Positions 24,778 to 36,940 of a DNA stretch of 40,380 nt are shown one piece after another; the stretch's first letter is position 1; each line of letters opens with the position of its first letter. The notes under the pieces are model-generated. The model had not been told where the DNA came from. It searched no databases and was given only the letters and a program-made list of their open reading frames with translations. The DNA comes from Octopus bimaculoides (Eukaryota). The stretch lies in assembly GCF_001194135.2 (NCBI RefSeq), contig NC_068982.1:6411949-6452328 (forward strand). Reading direction: 5' to 3'. A program made the position numbers and the translations under genes.

Positions 24778-25240
24778 ACTGGCTCCCCTACCAGTAGCAC
24801 ATAAAAAGCACCATCTGAACATGGTCGATGCCAGTGCCACATGACTGGTTCCTGTGCCAGTGGAATGCAATAAGCATCATTCATGCATGAGTTGTTGCCA
24901 GTGCCATCTGACTAGTTCCCCGAGCCGGTGGCATGTAAAAGCACTATCCAAATATGGTCAATGCCAGATCCCCGCCCTGACTGGCTCCTGTGCTGGCAGC
25001 ACGTAAAAAGCACCATCTGAATATGGCCTATGTCAGTGCCCGCCTGACTGGCTCCCATACTGGTGGCATGTAAAAAGCACCCACTACACTCTCGGAGTGG
25101 TTGGCATTAGGAAGGTCATCCAGCTGTAGAAATACTGCCAGATCAGATTGGAGCCTGGAGCAGCCTTCTGGCTTGCCAATCCCCAGTCAACCCATGCCAG
25201 CAAGGAAAACAACAGACATTAAACGATGATGATGATGATG
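24778..25240 (+). mobile_element. RTE 3' end with ~5 tandem 62-65 bp units, preceded by a family A head stub (24733-24762)
   Basis: Units GCCAGT..CTGACTGGCTCC.GTGCC.GTGGCAC.TAAAAAGCACCAT; (GAT)n tail. Confidence 0.85.
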
Positions 25241-25928
25241 AGTCTTGATGACTTTTAAGATCATTCAAGAAAGAAAATTTCTAATAATGTTCCTCTTCAT
25301 AACTTAAGGAGAAACGATATTGCAAATCCTAATGACAATAATATTCAAATGAGGAAATAGTGACCCCACGCATCTTATTAACTGGAAAAATGTCAAAGAA
25401 GTGCTATTATTAAAAATTACACCACAAGTCAGTAGACATCTTAATTGGACAAAACTTTGACCAAAGGCATTCTGGCAATGAACATTCTGTGTTTTTGTAT
25501 GCTTAGCATTAATTAAACCAATAAGAGTTCCCCCTTTTTTTTTAAGATGATAGAATGTGATATGAAAAATGTTTGTCTGATATTATTTGCCAGATGAGTA
25601 TCACACGACTGATTCTTTGCTTCCAAAGGCACTTCTTACCCATTGTTATGGCTATTGTTATCAAAGTTGCTATTTCAAATATTGTTATTATAGTTGCTTT
25701 CTACTTTATTATAACTGTATCCTTGTTTTGGTTTTGATGGCATTGTGATTGTCATTGTGTGCATGTCTTTAATTTTCTCATTAGCAAAACATATATTTGT
25801 CAATTGATAGCTTTCCTATAATCTCAATATGGCTGCTGGTGGAAGCAGGTGCTGAGTGCAGAGATTCTCACTATGTCTCACCCCACCACTTTCTTCAAAT
25901 GTCGAAAACTATATTGTGTTCGCATATA

Positions 25929-26475
25929 CAGTGGTTGGACAAAATAATGGAAATACCTCGCTAAATGAATGTTTTATTAAATTCAAATTACGATAAACGT
26001 AAATAAACAAACGAAGTTTGCTTTCCAGAAGCGTTGAAATGTCTTAGAAAGTTAAAGAAGTGATTTTAAATTCTCAAACGAGGGATAATGCTAATAATAT
26101 AGCCTGAACAGGATAAACTACCCCTATTTTGCAGAGAAAAGTGTAGGTGGTTAGCTGTGGACTCGAACTCACATGTCTGTGATTACGCGTCACGATGCTT
26201 TGACTGATTAAGCTAAACTACCCACTACAAATTCCTCTGCAAATTTAAGATATATAAATCTCGCTTTATGAGACGCTCTCATAACCAGAGTTGGTTTAAC
26301 TTTTCATCCATCACAGCTTTAGTACATCAAAGGATTTACTCATACAGGCTCTCACTGGTTGTGAGAGGAATTTTGAGCCATTCTTCAGGTAAAACCTGTT
26401 TTAGCTTTTTCAGTGATGATGGCAGAGGGAAGCGGACTCTTAATAGCCACTCCAAAATGCACCATGAATGTGTTG
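25929..26475 (-). mobile_element. Tc1-family DNA transposon 3' end (transposase C-terminus + terminal repeat)
   Basis: 26464-26336 reads WCILEWLLRVRFPLPSSLKKLKQVLPEEWLKIPLTTSESLYE*, then IL*CTKAVMDEK, like the Tc1 C-terminal W..LE..LR...P.S...L...L.EEW.KIP......L.ES.P.R..AV..AKG. TA|CAGTGGTTGGACAAAATAATGGAAATACC at 25927-25957 is a Tc1-like terminus. Confidence 0.75.
26148..26222 (-). pseudogene. Degenerate tRNA-like sequence (Thr CGT-like)
   Basis: GGTAGTTTAGCTTAATCAGTCAAAGCATCGTGACGCGTAATCACAGACATGTGAGTTCGAGTCCACAGCTAACCA. D-stem GCTT/AAGC, anticodon stem GTGA/TCAC, GTTCGAG T-loop. G sits at position 33 and the T and acceptor stems have indels. Confidence 0.5.
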
Positions 26476-26477
26476 TA

Positions 26478-26670
26478 ACGCCGTGCGCATGCGTAGTCTC
26501 ACGCATGCGTGGAATTCAACAACCAAGCTTTCCCGCTTTGATCGATCTCTTTCTTGCTGGCCAGCGATTGAGCAAGGACGTGTCTAGCTGTCTCTCCATC
26601 TTTCGAACTCACGCTAGACAGCTCACATCAATATACCAACGTCCCAACAACCATGTTCTCACACACCGAA
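26478..26670. promoter_or_regulatory. CpG-rich patch with two (T/A)(G)CGCATGCGT palindromes (NRF1-like); possible promoter
   Basis: About 15 CpG in ~200 bp against a CpG-poor background; motifs at ~26484-26494 and ~26501-26510. Confidence 0.3.
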
Positions 26671-26920
26671 GACGTCTCAACAAACAAGATTAAAGATGTA
26701 TAATTTCCACCATGAATAAATATTGTTTGTGTTGATAGTTTGGAGTTCAGCGTTCCGTTAATTCTTAATTTAATATAGGAAAGTCAGGTGTACATCTAAT
26801 GATGTATAACCCACTTTCCTATAAATGTTTGCTTATACAGAGAGCTGATGATTGTGGAAGGGAGGGAAATCTAAATGGCCTACTTCACTCTTGTACTCGT
26901 TTTACCAATATTAAACAATA

Positions 26921-27248
26921 CCAGCTTCGCCTTCCTGGCACTTGAGCCAGTGGCACGTGAAAAGACATTCAAGTGAGGTCGTTGCTAGTGCCGCTGGACT
27001 GGCTCCTGTACACCATTTTGAGCATGACTGTTGCCAGTACCGCCTGACTAGCCTTCATGGCGGTGGCACGTAAAAGCACCCACTACACTCTCGGAGTGGT
27101 TGGCATTAGGAAGGGCATCCAGCTGTAGAAACTCTGCCAAATCAGATTGGAGCCTGGTGTAGCCATCTGGTTCGCCAGTCTTCAGTGAAATCGTCCAACC
27201 CATGCTAGCGTGGTAAGCAGATGTTAAACGATGATGATGATGATGATG
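26921..27248 (+). mobile_element. RTE 3' end
   Basis: Repeat units, conserved tail, (GAT)n. Confidence 0.85.
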
Positions 27249-27531
27249 CTTGCCACATGAATTGGAAGATTATTATCCTGGAAGATTGCACTCCAATCAG
27301 TGAACAACATCCCATAGGAGGAATATGGTCAGCCAAAATACTCAGTCCTTGGCTTTGTCTCTATCATCTGGAACAATAAAAGACTGAGAGAATTGTGTGA
27401 TTGGCTGCCAAACTTTTCTCTGAACCACCTCCATACTTCACTGTTGGGTTCAAACGTGGCTGAAGGTTTCTATGGGCTGCCTCCAGACATAAACTCACTC
27501 TAGAGTAGCCAAAAAGGTGGGTGATGTTTCA

Positions 27532-27769
27532 CCCTTTCGTTACTGTATTTCTGTTGAGATGCTCTGTGTTTCTTTCAATTAATTTTAGATATAACAAAGA
27601 ATTTAGTAAAATAACTTAGTTATCATTCAGCTAGTGTTTAGGAACATAAATTGTGACTAAGATTTAGTGGAAGATTTTAATTCAAAATTTATGAAAACAA
27701 GACATTTGTACTCAGAGCCAGTTTCAGCCAGGTTGGTTAACAAAGGTCAGCCAGGTTGGTAACAAAGAG
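27532..27769. mobile_element. piggyBac-type (TTAA) MITE
   Basis: Termini CCCTTTCGTTAC / GTAACAAAGAG, flanked by TTCA (27528-27531) and TTAA (27770-27773). Confidence 0.55.
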
Positions 27770-28005
27770 TTAATCAGAGTAGATGGCACTGTTTTACAAT
27801 GCCAGCATGACCATAGAGACTGACCCTCTTGAAACATTAAACAAGTCAGCAGTTTTAATGGCTTAAGCTCTAACCATCTGGCCTCCAAATATTTGTCCAC
27901 TTTCAAAATCAGTTAAGTCACACATTTTAATTTATTAAAATATAAATATCTGCAAAACAAAAGGAAAATCAGAGGGCTATATCATCAAATACAAGACATA
28001 CATAG

Positions 28006-28068
28006 TGTATGTGGCTGTGTGGTAAGAAGTTTGCTTCCCAATCACATGATTCCGGGTTCAGTCCCACC
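28006..28068 (+). mobile_element. SINE family B head fragment abutting the HERO-like relic
   Basis: GTGGCTGTGTGGTAAGAAGTTTGCTTCCCAATCACATGATTCCGGGTTCAGTCCCAC. Confidence 0.75.
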
Positions 28069-28069
28069 C

Positions 28070-28735
28070 AAGGTGGTGAAGCATGATCTTTGAACTTTGG
28101 GTAATACTCAACAGTCCATCTCTGTCCTCCACATTCTTCGATTAATTTTTCATACCTCTCCTCCTTCTGTTGCTCTGCATTAGCGATGTTCTCTTCCCAT
28201 GGCACTGTCAGCTCTAACAAACTTCCAATTCTCCATTCTGTGTTCCATAGGATTAAGTCCGGTGTTTTTGCCATTTTTATGAGTCTTTCCAAATCTGTAG
28301 CCAGCTCCCAGTATTCCTTTTATCTTTCATCTGTCTCATATATTTTATTTGAAGGCCTGGCCTTATGACCTTTCCCCTCCTCCTGGAAGTATATTTTTCC
28401 GTGCTTTTCCACTTTTGGGTATTCTCCCCTATTACATCTCTCAATCTTCTCCTTGAGTGCTGCACTTATGACACCAAGGACTTGATGGTGACATCATGTA
28501 TATCTGTCTAGTGCTAGCCTGCAGTTTAACAGAACATGTCTCACAGTCGCTTTCTCTCTGCATCTACATTCATCAGTTGTTTGTATGTTACACTGGACTA
28601 AATTTGCCGGTGAAGGTAAAACATCAAAGGTAGACTTGATCAGGAAGGATGTTCTTGCTTGTTCCCAAGCCCAAAGTTCCTTCCGAGAGATTCTGTGACT
28701 GACTACATATTCCTTCCATCTCAGGCACTGTTCCT
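28070..28735 (-). pseudogene. HERO/R2-group non-LTR retrotransposon relic: CCHC knuckle + restriction-like endonuclease
   Basis: WEQARTSFLIKSTFDVLPSPANLVQC...ECRCREKATVRHVLLNCRLALDRYT*CHHQVL, then, after a frameshift, WELATDL...TPDLILW...LLELTVPWEEN..AEQQKEERYEKL..EC....W.VEYYP (PD..ELT..K RLE motif). Confidence 0.85.
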
Positions 28736-29109
28736 GATGTATATATAATTAATAAAAAAAAAAACTGAAAAAGCACAAATGAAAACAACAACGCAAGGAT
28801 GTGGTATATGCAAAGTATTAAAAGACTCTCAAGGAAGGAAAGAATGGTTGTTTTACGCTTCAAGCCAAGCTCTTCTTCAGAAATAGGTGTCAGAAGAAAG
28901 TCCAAGAGTAAAATTGCCAACAATCTATAGCAAAAATGAATAAATCATAGCTTAAAGAATTCTATGCATCATTTGTAGCTTCCATTTTGAACACTACAAC
29001 AGTTTAGATTTCACAAATATTGGTTTCAAATTTAGGCTCAAGGCCAGCAATTTTGAGGGAGTGGGTAAGTCAATTACATTCACTCTAGGGAATAACTGGT
29101 ACTTAACAG

Positions 29110-29197
29110 AGTTCTATATTTAAGAGGTGAGCAATTATGTACATTATTTACATTATTTATATTTGACAGATATTTGTCCTCGTCTTGTTTGTTGTTA
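29110..29197 (-). mobile_element. Family H copy 6 (3' tail only, inverted)
   Basis: AGTTCTATATTTAAGAGGTGAG...TATTTGTCCTCGTCTTGTTTGTTGTTA. Confidence 0.75.
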
Positions 29198-29292
29198 GAC
29201 CGAGTGCAGATATGATTAGCATATGGGAACTGGTATTAAGGAAGGATAGGAAAATATTAGACTTATAAGCCCTAAATTTCACTCCATAATTG

Positions 29293-29525
29293 CCCACAGA
29301 CACATGGTGTAGTGGTTAAGAGTGCGGGTTACAAACCCCAAAATTCCAAGTTCGATTCCAAGCAGTGACCTGAATAATAATAATAATAGCATCGAAAAAT
29401 ACTTTAGGAATGAGAACCCAGGTTCGAAATTTCCCCAAGACACCTGTTGAAGGCTGGAGGGTATATCAGACGAAATGTGTTAACAACAAACAAGATAAGG
29501 ACAAATATCCGTCAAATGTAAATAA
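29293..29525 (+). mobile_element. Family H copy 7
   Basis: Head TGGTGTAGTGG / GTTCGATTCC, short (AAT)n, hammerhead 29440-29480 with CTGTTGA and a deletion. Confidence 0.8.
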
Positions 29526-29838
29526 GGAACTGGTACTTATTTTATCAACCTTGGAAGGATTAAAGACAAAGTCGACCACGACAGCATTTGAACACAGAAC
29601 ATAAAGACAAAAGAAATGACGCTCAGCATTTTGCCTGGAATTGTAACGATTCTGCCAGCTTTTCACCTTACGTTTCACAAATACTGATTCGCAGAATCAT
29701 GATAGTCACTTAGACAAATGTATATTGCATATTATAAAATTTTAAAGTCTTAACACTTTGTGTTTTGAATTGATATCAAAACCATGCTAATAAATTTAGT
29801 GTTTTCTCTTTTAATCTTCATAATTATGTTATTGGAGA

Positions 29839-30050
29839 AAGGCAGCGAGCTGGCAGAAATGTTAGCACGCAGAGCAAAATGCTTAGCGGTATTTCATCTG
29901 TCTTTACGTTCTAAGTTCAAATTCTGCTGAGGTCAACTTTGCCTTTCATCCTTTCTGGGTTGATAAATTAAGTACCAGTTGCATACTGAGTTTGATCTAA
30001 TTGAGTGCCCCTCCCCTTCCCCCCAAAACTTCGGGCCTAGATTAGAAAAG
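29839..30050 (+). mobile_element. SINE family A with 17-bp TSD
   Basis: AATTATGTTATTGGAGA at 29822-29838 and 30051-30067. Confidence 0.9.
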
Positions 30051-30108
30051 AATTATGTTATTGGAGAGAGAGCTTTTAACTGCTTTCAGATAGCATTCAA
30101 AATAAACT

Positions 30109-30510
30109 AAGTATAGCTGTTGCTGTGTGTTAAGAAGCTTCGCTTCCCAACCACATGGTTGTGGGTTCAGTCCCATTGCATGGCAACTTTGGTAAGTGTC
30201 TTCCACTATAGCCTCAGGCCAATCAAAGTTTTATGAGTGGATTTGAGAGACAAAAACTGAAAGAAGCCCATTGTATATATATATGTGTGTGCACATGTAT
30301 TTGTGTCTGTGTTTGTTCCCCATCACTACATGGTAACTGGTGTTGGTCTGTTTATGTCCCTGTAACTTAGTAATTCTGCAAATGGGACTGTTAGAATAAA
30401 TATCAGTTTTTAAAAAATAGAAAAATAATAAGTAACTAGGGTCAATTCTATTGATTAAAAATTCTTCAAGGTGGTGCCCCAGCATGGCCGCAGTCTAGCG
30501 ACTGAAACAA
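30109..30510 (+). mobile_element. SINE family B full copy
   Basis: Head, CORE-like segment, internal TA/TG repeat, GGTGCCCCAGCATGGCCGCAGTC end. Confidence 0.8.
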
Positions 30511-31223
30511 CCATGATTTTTAATGTTGCCTGCATTGAAAGCGTCAGCAGATATTTCCAATGTCACTGCAGGTATTTTCTAACAATAGAAGCGTTGATAA
30601 AATTGTATAAAAAAAAATAAAAACATTTATCGACATAGGAACAATAAAAATTTCTTTACTTCTATAGAAAATAAAGAAGCCTAATTCGGGAAGAGCATTT
30701 AAGTATAAGCATCTTTGTATGGTTATACAAGAACGTTGATCAATTTAACAAACAAGCACAACTGAATCTAAATTATGCTAATAATAACTGAATTTAATCC
30801 AATAAACTGTTTGAACAATATAAATAGAAACTCACAGAAGTTTCTGTTTTTTTTTTGTTTTTTTTTTTGTCATTCAGCTCGGACCAGTCTGGAAATCAAA
30901 TGAACTGACTTTCATCAATAAATACTATTCTAATTGTTACAGTGATTTTAATTATTAAGCATATAGTCAATTATCTTTAATTACCTGTCTTTCAGTTGAA
31001 ACTTTGTGGAATTATAAAAACATCTCTGAAGTTGGTTTAATACGTTTTAAAATAGAATTAATAATTATTTCAAGCCTGGGAGCAATCAAAACACAAAACA
31101 TCATTTATGGTAATTATAACTACGACTAAATTCTTTTGCAATAGGTTACAGAGGGACAATGTTATTTTTTTTCTCTTTTTGTTTTAGATTACACAGTGAC
31201 ATGCGAGCTTCATGATTTAATAC

Positions 31224-31612
31224 AGGCACAGGTGTGGCTGTGCAGTAAGAAGCTTGCTTCCTAACAACATAGTTTTAGGTTCGGTGCCGCAATGTGGCAC
31301 CTGGGGCAAATGCTTTCTACTATAGTGTCAGGCTGATCAAAGCTTGTGAGTGGATTTGGTAGAAACTAAAAGTAACCCCTCATGTGCGTGCTTGTGTGTG
31401 TCTATGTTTGCCCCCACCAACACCAGTGCTTGACAACTGGTGTTGGTGTGTTAACATCCCTGTAACTTAGCAGTTCAGCAAAATGGACTGATAGAGTAAG
31501 TACCAGGCTTTAAAAAATTTCTGGAATTAATTCATTTGCTTACAGCTTTTACAAGGCAGTGCCCCATCATGACCACAGTCAAACGACTGAGGCAAATAAA
31601 AGATAAAAGATA
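31224..31612 (+). mobile_element. SINE family B full copy
   Basis: Same layout as 30109-30510, with a (TAAAAGA) tail. Confidence 0.8.
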
Positions 31613-31744
31613 TTCACGACAATCACTAACATCTTATCTTGTTTCAGGCATAATGTATCTTGGACTGTGTTTATTCAATGTGCTTTCATTTCTTAAATTG
31701 TAGGTATTGTTTGTGAGATATTTAGCCTCTTCTTTTTACAATTC

Positions 31745-32115
31745 ATACATACACATGGGCTTCTTTCAGTTTTTGTCTCCCAAATCCACTCATAAAACTT
31801 TGATTGGCCTGACGCTATAGTGGAAGACACTTACCGAAGTTGCCATGCTGGCATGAGTTGGACGGTTTGACTGAGGACTGGTGAGCCAAAAGGCTGCACC
31901 AGGCTCCAATCTGATCTGGCAAGGTTTCTACAATTGGATGCCCTTCCTAACGCCAACCACTCCAAGAGTGTAGTGGGTGCTTTTACGTGCCACCACAGTC
32001 AGGTGGCACTGAGCCAGTCAGATGGCACTGGCAACGACCCACACATGAATGGTGCTTATTGCATGCCACCAGCACAGGAGCCAGTCAGGCGGCACTGGCA
32101 TCGGCCACAACTACA
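31745..32115 (-). mobile_element. Family B fragment (31745-31843) joined to an RTE 3' end (31843-32115)
   Basis: Both motif sets are present on the minus strand. Confidence 0.7.
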
Positions 32116-32976
32116 TTAAATCAAACCACAATTAACTGATCCTCCTGTATTTTCTCTTACCCAAAGCCAGGAAGTTTCAGCACCCTTCAGTGTGTTTTCT
32201 AAATTAAGCCTTTTTTATATACTCCTTTATTTAGTTTAAGAAGACCCCTCCTTTGAAAAGTTTATTACTACTTTGAAAGAATTTTTAAAAAATTACTATT
32301 TTCTATTTGTCATTGCATATAGTTTTCTAAATTGTTAATTTACTTTAAATGATGACACATACATCAAAATGAAATGTAATGTAATTTTCAGGTCTCAGTT
32401 TCTAAGTTCTTCCAAAAGGTATTCACTTGAACTAGCAGAAATCTATTTATCTCTCAGAAATCATCCTGTTTATCAAATTCAATTTTAATAAGCTATGTAC
32501 TCTTAATTTCAAATTACATACGGAGAATAAGTTAGGATGTTTGCAGATTTTCTGTTGCTGACTGATTTTATGTCACGAGTTTCTCTTTGAAGTTGATGTT
32601 TAAGATAACCTTTAACATTTTATGGCAATTCCAATAGTATACAATATTTGAAATATTTTGGATATTTGATAGTTGTCTCAAATTGATTTTATGCTTATAT
32701 GCTGGATTTCAAACTATAAGTTCCATATGTAGCTGAATATTGATTACTGTATTATCAACTGGATAGATATTAGATATTTCATTTTATTCCTTATGTATTA
32801 TTATAGCCAAAGTTATACCAGAATTTATATCAGTGATTGTAAGTCATAAAATTATTATTATTATTATCACATTCTTAATGTTGGTAACTAATCACTTACA
32901 TAGACATTAAAACTGATGAGCAGTATTTATAACCATTACTTTCTTGTACTTTATTTTCTTTGAGGACTGCCAGTAC

Positions 32977-33120
32977 AGGTGCTGGCATGGTTGTGTGGTA
33001 AGAAGTTTGCTTCTCAATGACATAGCTCTAGGTTCAGTCCCACTGCATGGCACTTTGTGTCTTCCACTCAGGTTGCCCGAAGTCTGGTGAGTGGATTTGT
33101 TAGACAGAAACTGAAAGCTC

Positions 33121-33168
<48 letters not shown>

Positions 33169-33422
33169 TGTGTGTGTATTTATTTATATTATGAAGTGTG
33201 TATGTGTTTGTTGGTGCCCATGAGTGCCTCCTACCATTGTTTGACAACTGGTATTGGTTTGTTTATGTCCTTGTAACATAGTGGCTTGGCAATAAGAGAC
33301 AGAGATAATAAGTATCAGGCTTTAAAGAGTAAGTCCTGAGGCTGATTTGTTTGACTAAAATTCTTCAAGGTTGTGCCCCAGCATAACCTTGTCTAATGAC
33401 TGATAAACCATGTAAAAGATAA
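32977..33422 (+). mobile_element. SINE family B full copy with long internal (TA)n
   Basis: Same layout as other family B copies. Confidence 0.75.
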
Positions 33423-33851
33423 TCAATTGATGCATATTTCACGATGTGATGGATGCATATTAGTTTCCTTTATTTAATGTTTGTAATACTCATAAGGAGC
33501 GTATACTTTTACTTATTTCCTAAATCATTAGATTACATCACTACATCTGTATTTGATAGTTTTACCAGCTTTGGAAGAAATTTGCTTTAATTTATTTTAA
33601 TTATATAACTTGGAGCTTCAGTCTGCTCAGCTTCTACAACAGACACTGATTTGAAAAGGTAAAAAAATTATGAAGCTCATTGTTTAGTTGTACATTGATG
33701 CGTTTAAAACAACAAGCTTCTATTGGAAATAACAACTGCTAAACAGAAAACATCTTCTGATGAAAGCACTTCAATAACCATTGAAATAAAATTAAATCAA
33801 TAATGAAGCTTGGTTAGATGCTCGCACAAGATACAGGCAGGGCCTCGCATA

Positions 33852-33891
<40 letters not shown>

Positions 33892-35029
33892 GTAGTTTGA
33901 TTTACTTGCACACATACACACAGAATTAGCTAGATTGAATTGGATTTCTAAGGCAATTAAATGGTGTGTGAAGTCAAAAAGCTGTGGAACTAAAAAGACG
34001 TAAAATCAGAAAGTATATGAACAAAGTCCTTTATTTTAATCAACTGGTGCATCTTTTAATAGGAAGAATTTCCAGGAAATATAAAGGAGAGAATAAAGGC
34101 AGTGTAGTAAACTAGCTTCAGACAATTAATAGAAAACAAAATTTCCAATATAATTTTATTTTTTCCTCTGCAGAAAGTTGCAATGTTTACTGAATATTTA
34201 TTTATTTATTTATTTTTGTATTGTTCTGATTGAAAGAAACCTGATTTTATTTACTAATTTTGTTTTGGTTTCTGTTTAATTATCTTGCTATAGTTATGAT
34301 ATATTTATAAGATTGTGAATATTCCAATTTTTTTCTTTCTTTTTTTTTTCTCTGCTATTTTCATATCAACTTTTACTACTGAAATATTTTCAATAAAATG
34401 CTTCATTAGCTTTTACTCAATTCTTTAAAATGTTTTTTTTTCTTTTTCTCCTCACTGGAAAAATGTTTTGATTGTTCAGAAAATGATATTCCTATTTCTA
34501 AGTTAATGCAGAGAAGACAAAATATGTTTCCAGTTCTCAGTAAACGAAAGAGTTTTATCTATTCAAGACACATATTGTATAATACACAATAGATTTATAG
34601 GTTTAGTATACGTTACACATACTGACAAAATTCAATTGGATAATTTGACTAGCATAAAAATCTGCTGAGCCATGTTTGTAACAGCTTGAGTTCAAGTCCT
34701 TGTAAATCCATCTCAGTATACGTAATTTGTTTCATTATAGTTAATAATTGGAAAAGGAGAGTCTTTACCAAGTTGATTTACCTTCAGTTTAAGAAGTTGA
34801 AGCCTAAAACAACAATCCATTGCAGTCTTATTGATGATAAAAGAGTAACGATTAAATCTGTAATTCCTTTTCATTTAATAACAATATTTGTTTTGATGTT
34901 GAGGTTAGAACTTTGGAAGAAAAGAAAATTTGGGTCATGATTTTTTCAGCAACTATAAAACCGGGAACTGAAAGTTATTCAAATTTCTGTTGTGGTAAAA
35001 ATCCCTATAACTGCAGTCAGTATTCTTCC

Positions 35030-35117
35030 CCATCATCCTCTTTCCATGCTGGCATGGGTTGGACGGTTTGACTGAGATCTGGCAAGCAAGAACGATGCAC
35101 CAGGCTTCAATCCGATC
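35030..35117 (-). mobile_element. Short RTE 3' end
   Basis: TTTCCATGCTGGCATGGGTTGGACGGTTTGACTGAG. Confidence 0.65.
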
Positions 35118-35149
35118 ATGTAATAATTCTTTCTGCTTCAGGCACACAG

Positions 35150-35325
35150 CTTAAAAGTTTAGCGGAGGGAGATAGTCAATTGCATTGACCCCATTACTTG
35201 ACTGCTATATTATTGACCCCTAAAAAGATGAAAGGCAAAGTCAGTCCCAGAGGAATTTGAACTCAAGACATAAAGATGAGTAAAATGCTGCAAAGCATTT
35301 GCCTAGCATGTTAACCATTCTTTAA
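35150..35325 (-). mobile_element. SINE family A, diverged
   Basis: GATGAAAGGCAAAGTC...GAATTTGAACTC. Confidence 0.6.
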
Positions 35326-35530
35326 TATAAGATCAAAGACATGTAGGAGAGGAATATAATTAATCTAATCTATCCCCGTACAAACCCAGATCTGCAAGAA
35401 ACTGAACCCTCAATGGTAAAGGGATCAGCTAAATACTAAGTATTCAGTTCATATAAAGATGTATTGGTAGAATCCTTAGAGATTCTTAGAATGTCATGGG
35501 GCATTCATTCTAAACCTTTGCATTCTTTAT

Positions 35531-35674
35531 AGGTGCAGCAGTGGCTGTGTGGTAAGTAGCTTGCTTACCAACCACATGTTTCTGGGTTCAGTCCCACTGC
35601 GTGGCACCTTGGGAAAGTGTCTTCTTCTATAGCCTTGAGTGGATTTGGTAGACGAAAACTGAAAGAAGCCCATC

Positions 35675-35712
<38 letters not shown>
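35531..35712 (+). mobile_element. SINE family B 5' half ending in (TA)n
   Basis: Head and GTGGCACCTTGGGAAAGTGTCTTC. Confidence 0.8.
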
Positions 35713-35714
<2 letters not shown>

Positions 35715-36201
35715 TTTAATAATAAGGGTAGAAATTGATATTAATCAATTAAAACCAGTGGTCCAGCATATTAAAAATCTGAAAATTAAAATTATATTGC
35801 ATACACAAATAAGAGGAATGACTAGCAAAAGTGGACTCCTATATGCTAGAAATAGATGCCAAATCATCTAACCACGAAGAATATGTTCTCAGTAAAACTT
35901 CAGTGAGATCTGTGTCTAGTTCTGGAAATTATATTTTATAAATCGACAGACTACGCTGATGATCCTGCAGATATTTACTTATGTAAGTATTAACAGGTGA
36001 AACCATTGGTACGTAGGTTAATCGTTTCTTTTTTATTTAGTATCTTTTCATTTGTCTTGCCCTTTTANNNNNNNNNNNNNNNNNNNNNNNNNNNNNNNNN
36101 NNNNNNNNNNNNNNNNNNNNNNNNNNNNNNNNNNNNNNNNNNNNNNNNNNNNNNNNNNNNNNNNNNNNNNNNNNNNNNNNNNNNNNNNNNNNNNNNNNNN
36201 N

Positions 36202-36237
<36 letters not shown>

Positions 36238-36736
36238 ACAATACATTCAAAAGAAATATCTCAAGAATTCAATCACTACTACCATCCACAACATGTCACT
36301 TTTAGGGCACTTGACCATTTAACATCCTACTACGATCATAGCACTCCTGCATGTCCTTATTTATTAAGTTAATGATTTCATATATATACAAATATGTAAA
36401 TATCTGCATGTATCTACTGATAGACTGGTATGTGCTGCAAACAAATGGAGTGGAATTTTGAAATCAGCATGAAAAATTAGTTTGCATTCATAATGAGTAT
36501 AATGCATTTAATTTTGTTGACCAGTGTATTTATTCTTCAGATAAAGAGTTTATACTTATTCAGGCAATGACAGTGATTCAGACAATCAAACTGGAGAAAA
36601 TGATGTGGAAAATAGCAATTCAAATGAACAAATATTGTAATTGAGAGATAGGCCTATTATTGTTATTCTCCTGAATTGTTTTCTGATTCTGTCTATTAGT
36701 ATGCCCGCAATCATTACTCTTGAACTGTATATGCGA

Positions 36737-36940
36737 CCTCTTCTTGTTTGTTGTTAACACAACGTTTCGGGTAATATACTTTTCATCCTTCATCAGGTGT
36801 CTTGCGGAAATTTCGAACCTGGGTTCTCCTACCTAAGGTATTTTTTTGATGTTATTATTATTCAGGTCACTGCCTGGAATTGAACTCGGAATCTTGGGGT
36901 TAGTATACCGTGCTCTTAACCACTATGCCATATGCCCGTG
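36737..36940 (-). mobile_element. Family H copy 8
   Basis: Head, short (AAT)n, and a hammerhead at 36757-36800 with intact core and GAAACGTT but a damaged stem II (GGATG/TACCC). Confidence 0.8.

Larger units (their letters stand above)
29010..29668 (-). mobile_element. Family A SINE split by a family H composite insertion
   Basis: A halves at 29010-29105 and 29528-29668; AACTGGTACTTA duplicated at 29094-29105 and 29528-29539. Confidence 0.75.

Noticed and set aside
24778-25075. CRISPR-like appearance of the ~62-bp repeats
   Set aside because: The units are contiguous degenerate tandem repeats without unique spacers, there are no cas genes, and they sit in a eukaryotic LINE 3'UTR.
26148-26222. 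Functional tRNA-Thr gene
   Set aside because: U33 is replaced by G, the D-loop GG is missing, and the T and acceptor stems have indels.
26268-26693. 141-aa plus ORF, and minus-strand first-exon candidates MAQNSSHN / MVHFGVAIK
   Set aside because: They overlap the Tc1 transposase fragment, which explains the sequence better.
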